A DNA stretch of 64,000 bases. It comes from an uncultured Nitrospirales bacterium (GTDB taxonomy: Bacteria; Hydrogenedentota; Hydrogenedentia; Hydrogenedentales; GCA-2746185). Shown here one piece after another: positions 35,645 to 44,823 of the stretch; positions within the stretch are counted from its first letter, which is position 1; the number at the start of each line of letters is the position of its first letter. Where the stretch lies: assembly GCA_964467615.1 (NCBI GenBank), contig CAYXRK010000002.1, positions 4,576 through 68,575 on the forward strand, in the 5' to 3' direction. Below the pieces are notes generated by a model that was given only the letters and a program-made list of their open reading frames with translations, had not been told where the DNA came from and did no database searches. The translations under genes and the position numbers were made by a program.

Positions 35645-37602
35645 GAAGCAATTCCTCCTGCTTGCGGCGTGTTTTCGGCAAGGCACGCGACCGCGGCCGG
35701 CCCCCCAAGTATCGCCCGGGCCACCGACGCCAAGCTCACTCCCGCCGTAGACACGGACTCCCCAATGCCCGGAATTTTCCATGTCGCGTATTCGCCGTCG
35801 CGCCAAGTCACGAAACGATAACGCGGGTCGTCGAGCGGATGTTCGAATGAAAACACGACCGAGGTAGGCGCACCCTCGAGGGTTTCGAGTACGCGTGCCT
35901 CAATCCCGTTCCAAGAAACCGCGTCGCCAGAACTCATCGGGGCGGTGTCAGCGCGCCGAAATATATGCGACCACGGCCGGCGCAAAAATCCATCTTCCTG
36001 CTGGAGCAACAGTTCGTTCGCTGATGTCCTCTGTACGATGACTGGCATACGCGCTGCGGAGAGCCACGCCCACGCAAAGTCCCCAGGCGCGCCCTGCGCG
36101 GCGCGCGCCAGCGGGAAACTCGCGCCCAGCAGATCAAGCGGCGTGTTCACTGCGACGACTAGTTCGGTATCGCGATTCGCAAACTGTGCGACGCTGTTGT
36201 TGCTGTTCTGAAACCCGCGATCCATCACGGCAATAGCGACTGACATCCCAACGAGAAACAGCGGCGCGATGATCGCGTGCGCCCCAAGCCACACGCCCGC
36301 AAGCACCCGCGCTCGGACCGGTGACTCGCGGCGCGCGCGCGCCCAACGATCAAGAAACAAGCCAACGACGCCGAGCGCGCCAAGACTCGCGAACATGAGG
36401 TTGCGATCCTGAGGAATCGTGGCGCACATCGGGAGCGCCGCCAACAACGAACCCGTCAACAGGAAGCGGGCCTCGCGCGACTGGCTAAGCAATGGCCGAA
36501 GCACCAACAACATCCAAATTGCGAACGCGGCGCCAATCGCCGAAAACAATGCTTGCCACACGCCCGGTAACGCGGCCCAAACAATCGAGTCGGGCGCGGC
36601 GAACAGCCCCACGAGCAACGCCGGATAGCGTCCCAGCGCCTCCTTGATGAAGTACAAGGGCTCCGCGAGCGGATCGATATACAGCCAAGAGCCCCACGTG
36701 CCGTGACCGGCGGCGATATAGATCGCGCGCCATACGGCCGTCGCCGCGAGATAGGGGGCGAGACTTATCGCAGCGCGGGCGACCCGCCCGATCGGCTTAC
36801 GCGACGCCGCGCTCTCGTCAATAAAAAAAGCGTAGGCGGCTAGATAGGCGAGCGCGCCGATTGCGGCTTCACCAAAAAACAATGACACGAGGAACAGCGC
36901 GAGGGCCAGCGCCCGCCACGCCACCGACTTACTGAATTCAACGCCCGTGCGGCACGATCTATCGTGGGCGAGCAATGCTCCGATTCCAAACAGCGCTGTG
37001 TAGAGCGCGTGCCGGTTCGCAATCCATCCCGCGGCGACACCGTGGCCGCCGTCTATTGCAAACAGGAGGGCGGCGATGACCGCTGCCCGGCCCGCGCCGA
37101 TAGTCCGCCGAAACCACACGGCAGCAAGCGCCGCGAGCGCGCCGTAGAGTAGCCAACTGTGAACGTGGAACGGGAACGCCTGTTCCCCGAATAGTTGGTA
37201 GTCGATCCATAGCGACAGCGACGTCAGCGGGCGCCACATGTCGACTCGCCAACCCTCGACGGCCCACCACGGGAGCACTCCGGACTTGAGAAGCGCCTGA
37301 TTGCCGCTGGCCTGGCCATCAGCGAAGGTGTACGTATTCAATAGTTTACTATTGAATCCTTGAGCATCGTTGGCCTTGAAGATAGAGAGGAAATACCAAT
37401 CGTCTTGCGCGAATCCGATGAACAAGGCCGGCGAAGTCAGGAGAAGCCCAACCACAAACGCGAACAACGCGGGACGGCGACTGATCGCACCGATGAACGC
37501 GGACACGCTGAGCGGCGACGGCACGGCCACTCCGGCCTCAATACCGTCTAGACCTGCACCGCGCGCGAAGCTTCGGCTGTTTTCCACGATGGATTTCGAC
37601 AT
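35641..37602 (-). CDS. Polytopic membrane protein with a TMTC/GT-C-like N-terminal region (no TPRs)
   Basis: QDDWY, WRPLTSLSLWIDYQLFG..FH motifs parallel to the 24408 protein; ~12 TM segments. Start uncertain (37602 vs 37674). Confidence 0.75.
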   Translation of the reverse strand: MSKSIVENSRSFARGAGLDGIEAGVAVPSPLSVSAFIGAISRRPALFAFVVGLLLTSPALFIGFAQDDWYFLSIFKANDAQGFNSKLLNTYTFADGQASGNQALLKSGVLPWWAVEGWRVDMWRPLTSLSLWIDYQLFGEQAFPFHVHSWLLYGALAALAAVWFRRTIGAGRAAVIAALLFAIDGGHGVAAGWIANRHALYTALFGIGALLAHDRSCRTGVEFSKSVAWRALALALFLVSLFFGEAAIGALAYLAAYAFFIDESAASRKPIGRVARAAISLAPYLAATAVWRAIYIAAGHGTWGSWLYIDPLAEPLYFIKEALGRYPALLVGLFAAPDSIVWAALPGVWQALFSAIGAAFAIWMLLVLRPLLSQSREARFLLTGSLLAALPMCATIPQDRNLMFASLGALGVVGLFLDRWARARRESPVRARVLAGVWLGAHAIIAPLFLVGMSVAIAVMDRGFQNSNNSVAQFANRDTELVVAVNTPLDLLGASFPLARAAQGAPGDFAWAWLSAARMPVIVQRTSANELLLQQEDGFLRRPWSHIFRRADTAPMSSGDAVSWNGIEARVLETLEGAPTSVVFSFEHPLDDPRYRFVTWRDGEYATWKIPGIGESVSTAGVSLASVARAILGGPAAVACLAENTPQAGGIAS

Positions 37603-37819
37603 GAGTACGTAGAGCGGGGAGGTCCCGTTTCCCGGCAATTGCGGGTCCGCGAACGAACATGGAAATGCGGACACTACACCCTCGGCGGCGGTGCTCCCGT
37701 CAACGCTGCCTCTCTGCGTAAGTCCAATGATTTCAATATGTTAGCAAAAGTGCAACACTCCGAAATTGGGCCGCACCTCGCGTACAACACCAGTCGGATC
37801 GAAAAGTGTTACGGCTTCG

Positions 37820-40102
37820 TTAGCTGTGTTCTTTGGATTTGAGAAGGGGCCGGATGCGCCACTCGGCGTCCGGGCCAAAACGATAATGCGAGTGGCCGTC
37901 TCTGCCGCTATGACCCGCGAAAGCACCACGATACAGGAAGTGAGTACCAGCCGTCCCAATCGCGACAGTCGCCACGAACATGATTGCCACAGCCACACAG
38001 GCACGACCGACTGGAAGGCCACGCGTTGGCGGGGGGTAGAGCGCATTGCGATCTTCAGGCCGCGCGCAAAACGCCAATAGCGCGGTCGCGATCGCGGCGT
38101 TGACGAAAATCACGCCCTCCGTAATGAGCCGGCCTTCACTGAAGCCTGTGATCGCGCGTTCGAAATTGAATATGACACACACCCACAAAAACGCGAGATA
38201 CAGCAACATGCCTTTGCCCAGATTCGTCGCCGGGACAATCGGTATCGGCTTAGAGATATGGCGGGCGAGCAGGACAATGATCACGCCGCTTACGATCCAA
38301 AACACCGTCCCGAACCAGGCCTCGACGCTCATCTCGATCGACTGGAACCAGAACATCTTCATCCGCTCAGGCACATCCTGGTGCTCGACCCAGGTCCGGA
38401 TCGCCTTGGACCAGTTGACGTAGACCACGAACGTGAGCACGAACGCGACGGAGAACACTTCCGTCCATCGGTTCGTTCGTGGTTCTGGGAAGTGGCGTTT
38501 CACATGCCGCGCGAGCAGGGCCATCGCGATCGCGACGGCGATTCCGTTGATGAAGCCGTAAGTCTGTTCGAGGAAACTGTGCCAATTCGCGCTTTGATAG
38601 TAGCGCCAGACTTCGGGATTGTTGATCCACGCGTGAAGTTGCTCGCCCCAACGCCCGACCGCCACGCCTTGAAGCCAATCGGGCGCGATCCAAGCTTCCG
38701 GAGAAACGCTTGGATTGCCCGGACGCAGCATGACAAGTTTGATAAACGCCGTGCCCGAGAACCCGATGCCGCCGATGCCGCCGCATATGAGCGAGGCATA
38801 CGCGACCGGCATGAGGTTATATCTCGCGCAGTACATCGACAGCGCTACCGCGACGCCTAGTATCCCCGCCCAATCGTCGCCGCGCGGCGGCGTCATCCGA
38901 ATGCCGAGCGCTACCGGCAAGAGCAAAAATCCCCCGAACCAACCCAGCGCCATGTACAAGAAAAGTTTCGAGTGATTGGCAAATTTGCCGAACAACGCAA
39001 AATACAGGGCGATTCCAGCGATTCCACCCAGCACCGGACCTATCCAGACAATTGTTCCCGGAAAATCGTGCAAGAAGCCCGGCCAATTTGTCGCCAGGTC
39101 GTCCCTAAACTTGGCGATGTCGCCGCCGTGCAGATTCTGGAAGTCGCTAAGTATGTAGTTCCTCTGTTGTTCCGTGAACGACGGATCGTTGATTCCAAGT
39201 TCCTTGGCGCGTTCGACCAATCCGACGTCGCCCGCGTAACGGGTAAGCGATTCGCCAACCTTGGCTTCCAGACCCGCGCGGCGCAAAAGAGACTGCACCA
39301 AACACCCTGTCCCCGCGCCAACTAGCGCCAGCCCGCACATACCGGCGAGCGGCGCGAGACAGAATTGAATCACGTATGCGACGACCATCACGCCACCGAT
39401 CGCCACGACCAAGTATCCGACGAGGCCACCACCTACATGAGCGAGAAGCAGGCCCGCCAGCACTAGGATCAGGCCCGCGATTTCAATCGGGGTCGCGCGG
39501 CCAACACGTCGCTGCCAAATGTCGTAAAGGCAAACACCTACCAGAGCGGTCAGCGCCTTCGTCCAATCCGAGTCGAACCAGTAGAGCGGGGTATCGTGGC
39601 GGTTCCAAGTCGCGTCCGCGACTGGCCGCAGGCTGTCGAACCAAGGTTCCAGACTGATCGTCCAAACCCACCAGGCCGAAAATATGAAGACGAGCGGCGG
39701 GAACAGCGCGGTGAGTTGCTGTCGCGTGAGTACTGCCGGAAGCGCGGTCCCTGCACCCCCCAGCGCCGCCCAGAGAAACCCGATGAGAAACAGCGCGGCA
39801 AAGCCATAAGGCAACGTGTTATGGGTGATATCCCCAGAGTGCGTATACGCGATGACCTGCATATACGAAATACTGCCGCCAAACCCCCAGCCCAGCGCCC
39901 CGAAAAACGCAAAGTACGCGACGCGCTCGCGCCAGTCCTCGCGCCCCGAAAGCAGGCAGACCGCGATGGCCGTCAGACAGCCGGGGATCATCGCGCCGTA
40001 TTCGTGACCGAAATTGCCGCGAATACCCCAACCGATCGACAGGCTCAACGCGCACAGAAGAATCGTCGTCGGGCGAAAACCGGGTTCCACTTTAGTCCTC
40101 AT
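37820..40102 (-). CDS. Large polytopic membrane protein of unknown function
   Basis: 760-aa ORF, many Gly-rich TM helices; GWGIRGNFGHEYGAM, GFGGSISY, PPRGDDWAG, NWHSFLEQTYGF motifs. Confidence 0.85.
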   Translation of the reverse strand: MRTKVEPGFRPTTILLCALSLSIGWGIRGNFGHEYGAMIPGCLTAIAVCLLSGREDWRERVAYFAFFGALGWGFGGSISYMQVIAYTHSGDITHNTLPYGFAALFLIGFLWAALGGAGTALPAVLTRQQLTALFPPLVFIFSAWWVWTISLEPWFDSLRPVADATWNRHDTPLYWFDSDWTKALTALVGVCLYDIWQRRVGRATPIEIAGLILVLAGLLLAHVGGGLVGYLVVAIGGVMVVAYVIQFCLAPLAGMCGLALVGAGTGCLVQSLLRRAGLEAKVGESLTRYAGDVGLVERAKELGINDPSFTEQQRNYILSDFQNLHGGDIAKFRDDLATNWPGFLHDFPGTIVWIGPVLGGIAGIALYFALFGKFANHSKLFLYMALGWFGGFLLLPVALGIRMTPPRGDDWAGILGVAVALSMYCARYNLMPVAYASLICGGIGGIGFSGTAFIKLVMLRPGNPSVSPEAWIAPDWLQGVAVGRWGEQLHAWINNPEVWRYYQSANWHSFLEQTYGFINGIAVAIAMALLARHVKRHFPEPRTNRWTEVFSVAFVLTFVVYVNWSKAIRTWVEHQDVPERMKMFWFQSIEMSVEAWFGTVFWIVSGVIIVLLARHISKPIPIVPATNLGKGMLLYLAFLWVCVIFNFERAITGFSEGRLITEGVIFVNAAIATALLAFCARPEDRNALYPPPTRGLPVGRACVAVAIMFVATVAIGTAGTHFLYRGAFAGHSGRDGHSHYRFGPDAEWRIRPLLKSKEHS

Positions 40103-40558
40103 ATCTTGTCACCTTCCCACTGTGTTCAAAATGCTCAAACCGATGTTGCCGTATTTACGTGAAATACTTTTTACGTAGCGGAGCGCGGTCATGAGGAGAA
40201 TCTAGCTGTTTCTGGGACTCGGTTCGTTGATACCATTGGACTTAGCATCGTTTCGGGCCACTTTCTAGTCCCATTTTGGTCGTTCAAACTCCGCTCAAGT
40301 ACGTCATTTCGCCGTCCGAAGGCGTTCAAACTCCGTTCTTTTCCGTTTCGTGGACAAGAAGACCTCCTTTCGAGCACTCGACGAACATGCAGTTCAGCGC
40401 GAAGGGGATCGGATGCAACTCCCCCTATATATATGTCCAAGTTTGTTGACCTATTTTTTTCAAAATGGGCCGGAAAATGGGGCTGAAAGTAGGATTTTCG
40501 AAGGGTCCTTGGATACCACAGCGCGACGCAACCGCAACCAGATCAAGGGAGTGTCGAC

Positions 40559-40657
40559 GGCCCCTCACCCGTCCACCCCTTCGACACGCTCAGGACAGGC
40601 CTTCGACACCCTCAGGGCGAACCCTTCGACACGCTCAGGACAGGCGGGTGAGGGGCC
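40559..40657. repeat. REP/MITE-like composite: three 22-bp direct repeats inside a 13-bp perfect inverted repeat
   Basis: GGCCCCTCACCCG (40559-40571) / CGGGTGAGGGGCC (40645-40657); units CCTTCGACACGCTCAGGACAGG (40578-40599, 40623-40644) and CCTTCGACACCCTCAGGGCGAA (40600-40621). Confidence 0.85.
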
Positions 40658-40691
40658 TGCCGCGTGAGTATCGCGTTCTTCCGTGTCTCGT

Positions 40692-41873
40692 TCAACCAGC
40701 GACGATGGCGCGGTAGGCGGCGGGATCGGTGGCCCCTTCGGAATTGATGATAAGCACTTGCGCAGCCGGGCCGAATCGCAACGCGTCACGAACGGCTTGT
40801 GGCGCTTCGTCGCGAATCGCGAGCAATCCTCCCAGCCCGGCCGCCCCTGCTTCTCCTGCGACTATCGGCCCCGAGGCATCGGCCAAAAGCCGCATGGCGA
40901 GTCGCGTGTAGTCGTCGTCGATTGCAATAAAAACATCCACGGTGGCGCGAAGCACCGGCCACGCCAACAGCGATGGCGTGCCGCAATTCAAGCCCGCCAT
41001 GATGGAATCTTCGCGCCCATAGCTTGAGGCGAGAGCTCCGTCCGGCGACGCGATCGAAGCCAAGCAACAGGCGGCCGACATCGGCTCGACAATTGCCATG
41101 CGCGGCGCATGCGCGCCGTAGCGACGCACTAGCCATTGCGCACACGCCGCCGCCAGCCCGCCGCACCCCGCCTGAAGCATGACTAAATCGATCCGCGGGC
41201 GATCCGGCGGGAACAGGCCGTCCTCAAGTTCGCGCAAAATCGTCGTATAGCCCGCCATGATCCAACCGGGCACTTCTTCATATCCGGGCCACGACATATC
41301 CGAGACGATCCGCCAACCGCGCATTTCTGCATCACGCGCGCAGATGGTAACGGCGTCGTCGTAGTTTCCTTGCACGATTCGAACGTCGGCGTCCTCGCAA
41401 CGTATGGTTTCGACTCGCGCCAACGAAGCACTGGCCGGAACGTAAATCACCGCGCGTTGGCCGAGCATCCGCGCCGCATACGCGACAGCGCGGCCATGAT
41501 TGCCCGCCGTCGCGGCGCAAAGCGTCGTCACGCAAGGCGGAGTTGCCCCCGCCGCGAATAACGACTCCAGCGGACGATCCTCCCCCAACGCCGCGAATTG
41601 CGCGCGAACAACGCGTGCCGCTGCGTAGCATGCACCCAACGCCTTGAACGCGTTCAGGCCGAAGCGCTTCGACTCATCCTTGACCCACACTTCGCCCAGG
41701 CCCAACGATTCGGCGATGTCGGGCCGCGCGACGAGCGGAGTGGGCCAATACCCCGGCATCGTGCGATGAAACGCGAAGGCGTCGTCGTGGCCCCACGGGG
41801 CAAGGCCGTCGATGGCACCCGTGTCGGCCACCGCCTTGAACGGATTTATTTCAAACGTTGTTCCCGACATCAA
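40692..41873 (-). CDS. dpaL: Diaminopropionate ammonia-lyase
   Basis: YWPTPL, VKDESKRFGLNAFKALGA, ATAGNHGRAVA, SDMSWPGYE, SIMAGLNCG, INSEGATDP. Confidence 0.88.
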   Translation of the reverse strand: MMSGTTFEINPFKAVADTGAIDGLAPWGHDDAFAFHRTMPGYWPTPLVARPDIAESLGLGEVWVKDESKRFGLNAFKALGACYAAARVVRAQFAALGEDRPLESLFAAGATPPCVTTLCAATAGNHGRAVAYAARMLGQRAVIYVPASASLARVETIRCEDADVRIVQGNYDDAVTICARDAEMRGWRIVSDMSWPGYEEVPGWIMAGYTTILRELEDGLFPPDRPRIDLVMLQAGCGGLAAACAQWLVRRYGAHAPRMAIVEPMSAACCLASIASPDGALASSYGREDSIMAGLNCGTPSLLAWPVLRATVDVFIAIDDDYTRLAMRLLADASGPIVAGEAGAAGLGGLLAIRDEAPQAVRDALRFGPAAQVLIINSEGATDPAAYRAIVAG

Positions 41874-41977
41874 AGCGCGAGTGGATTCCAGCCGGTTCTT
41901 GACATGAACGAACAGCGGTGGGGATCATATAGGCGTGTTGCGACAGCGCGCTAGGAAGACCCAGGCGCGAGGGGACG

Positions 41978-42943
41978 ATGACCGTGTACGCCATAGAGAC
42001 GCGCGGCCTAACGAAAATCTACCGTAACTCCTGGGGCCGCAAAAAGGGCCCGTCGGTTGACGGGCTGGATCTGCGCGTCGCGCCGAACGAGATATTCGGT
42101 TTCCTTGGTAAGAACGGCGCAGGAAAGACGACGACCATCAAGTCCCTCTGCGGACTGATTCGCCCGACGTTCGGCAGTGCATCGATCTTCGGGGTTGACG
42201 TGCGTGATCGGCGATCACGACGACTCATCGGCTATCTGCCCGAGAGCCCGTATTTCTACGAATACCTCAATCCTCGTGAAACGCTCGACTTCTACGGCCG
42301 GCTCGAGGGACTGTCGTGCGCCGAACGCGCGCGCGAATGGGACACGCTATCGGAAATGCTCGACTTGCGAGACATCGCCGAGCAGCGGGTGCGCGGGTTC
42401 TCCAAAGGCATGCGCCAGCGGCTCGGGTTCGCGGTGGCGCTGGCCGGCGACCCGAAGCTCCTCGTCCTCGACGAGCCGATGAGCGGCCTCGATCCGTCAG
42501 GCAGGCGGACGATTCGCGAGCTGATACTTCGCATGCGAGACGCCGGCAAGACCGTCTTCTTCAGTTCGCACATACTGGGCGACGTGGAACAGATTTGCGA
42601 TCGCGTCGCCATTATTCGCGATGGACGATTGACCGTCGAAGGGCGCGTGGATGTTCTGCTGACTAGCGAAATCAAACAGGTCGAAGTCATCGCCGACGGA
42701 ATCGGCGATGCGTTGATGGAGACGCTTCAGCGGCGCGCCCTGTCGGCGCGGCGGTCCGAGGCGGGCCGGCATTTCGTGTTCGCGGATGCGGCATCGGCGA
42801 ACGACGCGGTCCGTCAAATCTTGCAAGCCGACGGGCGGCTGATCGAATTCCTGCCGTTGAAGGAATCGCTCGAGGATTACTTCATGCGCGAGCTGGATCG
42901 GAGCACGTCGGCCACCCAGATTTCGAGGAGCGCCGCCTCATGA
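41978..42943 (+). CDS. ABC transporter ATP-binding protein (PilH/XapD-like)
   Basis: GKNGAGKTT, YLPESPYFYEYL, FSKGMRQR, LDEPMSGLDP, SSH. Confidence 0.9.
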   Translation: MTVYAIETRGLTKIYRNSWGRKKGPSVDGLDLRVAPNEIFGFLGKNGAGKTTTIKSLCGLIRPTFGSASIFGVDVRDRRSRRLIGYLPESPYFYEYLNPRETLDFYGRLEGLSCAERAREWDTLSEMLDLRDIAEQRVRGFSKGMRQRLGFAVALAGDPKLLVLDEPMSGLDPSGRRTIRELILRMRDAGKTVFFSSHILGDVEQICDRVAIIRDGRLTVEGRVDVLLTSEIKQVEVIADGIGDALMETLQRRALSARRSEAGRHFVFADAASANDAVRQILQADGRLIEFLPLKESLEDYFMRELDRSTSATQISRSAAS

Positions 42944-43701
42944 GAATTTTGGCCGTCGCCATGAACACGTACCGCGAAGCCGTTCGCGACAAGGTGCTCT
43001 ACGTGTTGCTCTTCTTCGCGGCGGCGACGATTCTTGGCTCAAAGGCCCTCGGCTGGATCAGCGTCGGCCAGGACTCAAAAATAGTTATCGATATTTCGCT
43101 CGCGGCCATATCCGTATTCGGAGCGCTAATCGCCATCTTCGTCGGGACGAGCCTCGTCTTTAAGGAAATCGACAAGCGCACGATCTACACAATTCTGTGC
43201 CGGCCCATGCACCGCTTCGAGTTTGTGCTCGGCAAGTTCCTTGGGTTGGCCATGCTGATCGGGACCGTTACCATAATCATGACTGCGGTCGCGGCGGTCT
43301 ACGCGAAGCTGTTCGGCGGCGACATCACGCTCACGTACTTTTGGGCCGTCCTGCTCATCTATTGGCAGTTGCTGCTGATTACCGCGTTGTCCGTTCTATT
43401 GTCGTCCCTCACTTCGCCGATTCTCGGCGCGATCATCGTCTTCTCGACCTATGTGCTCGGACACGCGACGGGCATCCTCGTCGATTTGCCCGCGCATTTC
43501 GAGGGGACCCTGCTCGAATCGATCATGAAGGCAATGTACTACGTATTGCCGAACCTCACGAATTTTGATATTCGATCCGAAGCGGCGAACGGTGTGGCCG
43601 TGACCACCGGCTACGTAGTGTGGGCGCTCGTCTATGGAACGTTGTATGCCTCCATGCTCCTGGCATTGGCGGCTATCACGTTCCAAGACAAAGACGTCTG
43701 A
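42940..43701 (+). CDS. ABC-2 type permease (PilI/XapB-like)
   Basis: NTYREAVRDK, KEIDKRTIYTILCRP, FVLGKFLG, LPNL; ATGA overlap with the ATPase. Confidence 0.88.
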   Translation: MRILAVAMNTYREAVRDKVLYVLLFFAAATILGSKALGWISVGQDSKIVIDISLAAISVFGALIAIFVGTSLVFKEIDKRTIYTILCRPMHRFEFVLGKFLGLAMLIGTVTIIMTAVAAVYAKLFGGDITLTYFWAVLLIYWQLLLITALSVLLSSLTSPILGAIIVFSTYVLGHATGILVDLPAHFEGTLLESIMKAMYYVLPNLTNFDIRSEAANGVAVTTGYVVWALVYGTLYASMLLALAAITFQDKDV

Positions 43702-44732
43702 TGCTCAAGAAACTGATCATGGTGGCCGTGCTGCTCGGCGCAGGGTCTGCATCTCTCGTCGCGTCGCAACGAAAAATCGACGCCATTCGGTCGGACGCCG
43801 GTGATGAACTCCTCTACCTCCCGAACGAAAAGCTCTTGACCCATTTTACCGCCGGGCTTAGCAGCGTTGTCGCCGACCTGCTCTGGCTAAAAACGATCGA
43901 GTACACCGTCGGCGAATTTCACAATGACGACAGAAACTTCGCGTGGCTCGAAAGCATGTGCCGGACCGTCACCCGGCTCGACCCGCGTTTCGAAGGCGCC
44001 TACCGGTACGGTGGAATGCTCATGGCGGCGATCGGCGCGGACGACAAGGCGCTCGATTTCTTGAACGAGGGATGTATCAACAATCCCTTTTCTGAACAAA
44101 TTCCGTTCGAGATTGTGCAAGTCTATCTGCTGAATCGATGGAAGGACCCCGACACCTCGATGATGGCCACAAAATACCTGCGTATCGTGGCCGAACGCAG
44201 CGATCACCCGGAGTTCTACTTCAATTGGATTCAACGCATCCAGCAACATGAAGATTTCGGGACAATGGCCATCGACCTCTGGCAGGAAGTCTTGGAGACT
44301 TCCGACGATGAGTTCATCCGGGAAGTGGCGAAGGACAAACTCGAACAACAAAAGATTCTGCAAAACGTCCGCACGCTCGACCAGGCCATTAAACAATACG
44401 AGAAGGACTTCGGCAAGAATCCCGCAAGCTTCGACGAAATGACCGCCGCGGGATTTCTCGCCGATCTCCCGCAAGAAGCCGGTAACGGGACCTACTTCAT
44501 CGACGCAAACGGCGCTGCTCAGAATACCGTGATAGTGGACGCCGAAACCGACCGATTGCTCAACGCCCTCAATAGCGAGACGCAACGATACAAAAAGGCG
44601 AACGGGGCGTTTCCCCTCACGCTGGAGGAATGGGCGAAGTGGAACGGGCTGGACGAGGTCCCTGCGCACCCGTATTCCGACGGCGAATGGCTGTACGATC
44701 CGGCGACGGGGAAGGTCACGTCCTCACGCTAG
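43701..44732 (+). CDS. Membrane-anchored periplasmic protein (PilG/XapA-like) with two pseudopilin-like C-terminal repeats
   Basis: TGATG overlap gives start 43701; ADLLWLKTIEY, LDPRFEGAYRYG; repeats YEKDFGKNPASFDEM and YKKANGAFPLTLEEW..PAHPY. Confidence 0.75.
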   Translation: MLKKLIMVAVLLGAGSASLVASQRKIDAIRSDAGDELLYLPNEKLLTHFTAGLSSVVADLLWLKTIEYTVGEFHNDDRNFAWLESMCRTVTRLDPRFEGAYRYGGMLMAAIGADDKALDFLNEGCINNPFSEQIPFEIVQVYLLNRWKDPDTSMMATKYLRIVAERSDHPEFYFNWIQRIQQHEDFGTMAIDLWQEVLETSDDEFIREVAKDKLEQQKILQNVRTLDQAIKQYEKDFGKNPASFDEMTAAGFLADLPQEAGNGTYFIDANGAAQNTVIVDAETDRLLNALNSETQRYKKANGAFPLTLEEWAKWNGLDEVPAHPYSDGEWLYDPATGKVTSSR

Positions 44733-44823
44733 TTTTCTCCCAGCGGCGGTGGATTGCCCGCGCACAGTTCGCTACGATAACTCGCTTGTATAGCTTTTCG
44801 TCCAACCGTGAGGCGCAGTTGCC

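Noticed and set aside
40189-40716. ORFs in the 40102-40692 intergenic region, and a partial AAAATGGG inverted similarity (40252-40277 vs 40462-40492) as IS ends
   Set aside because: The ORFs translate repeat DNA; the match is short and there is no transposase or target duplication.
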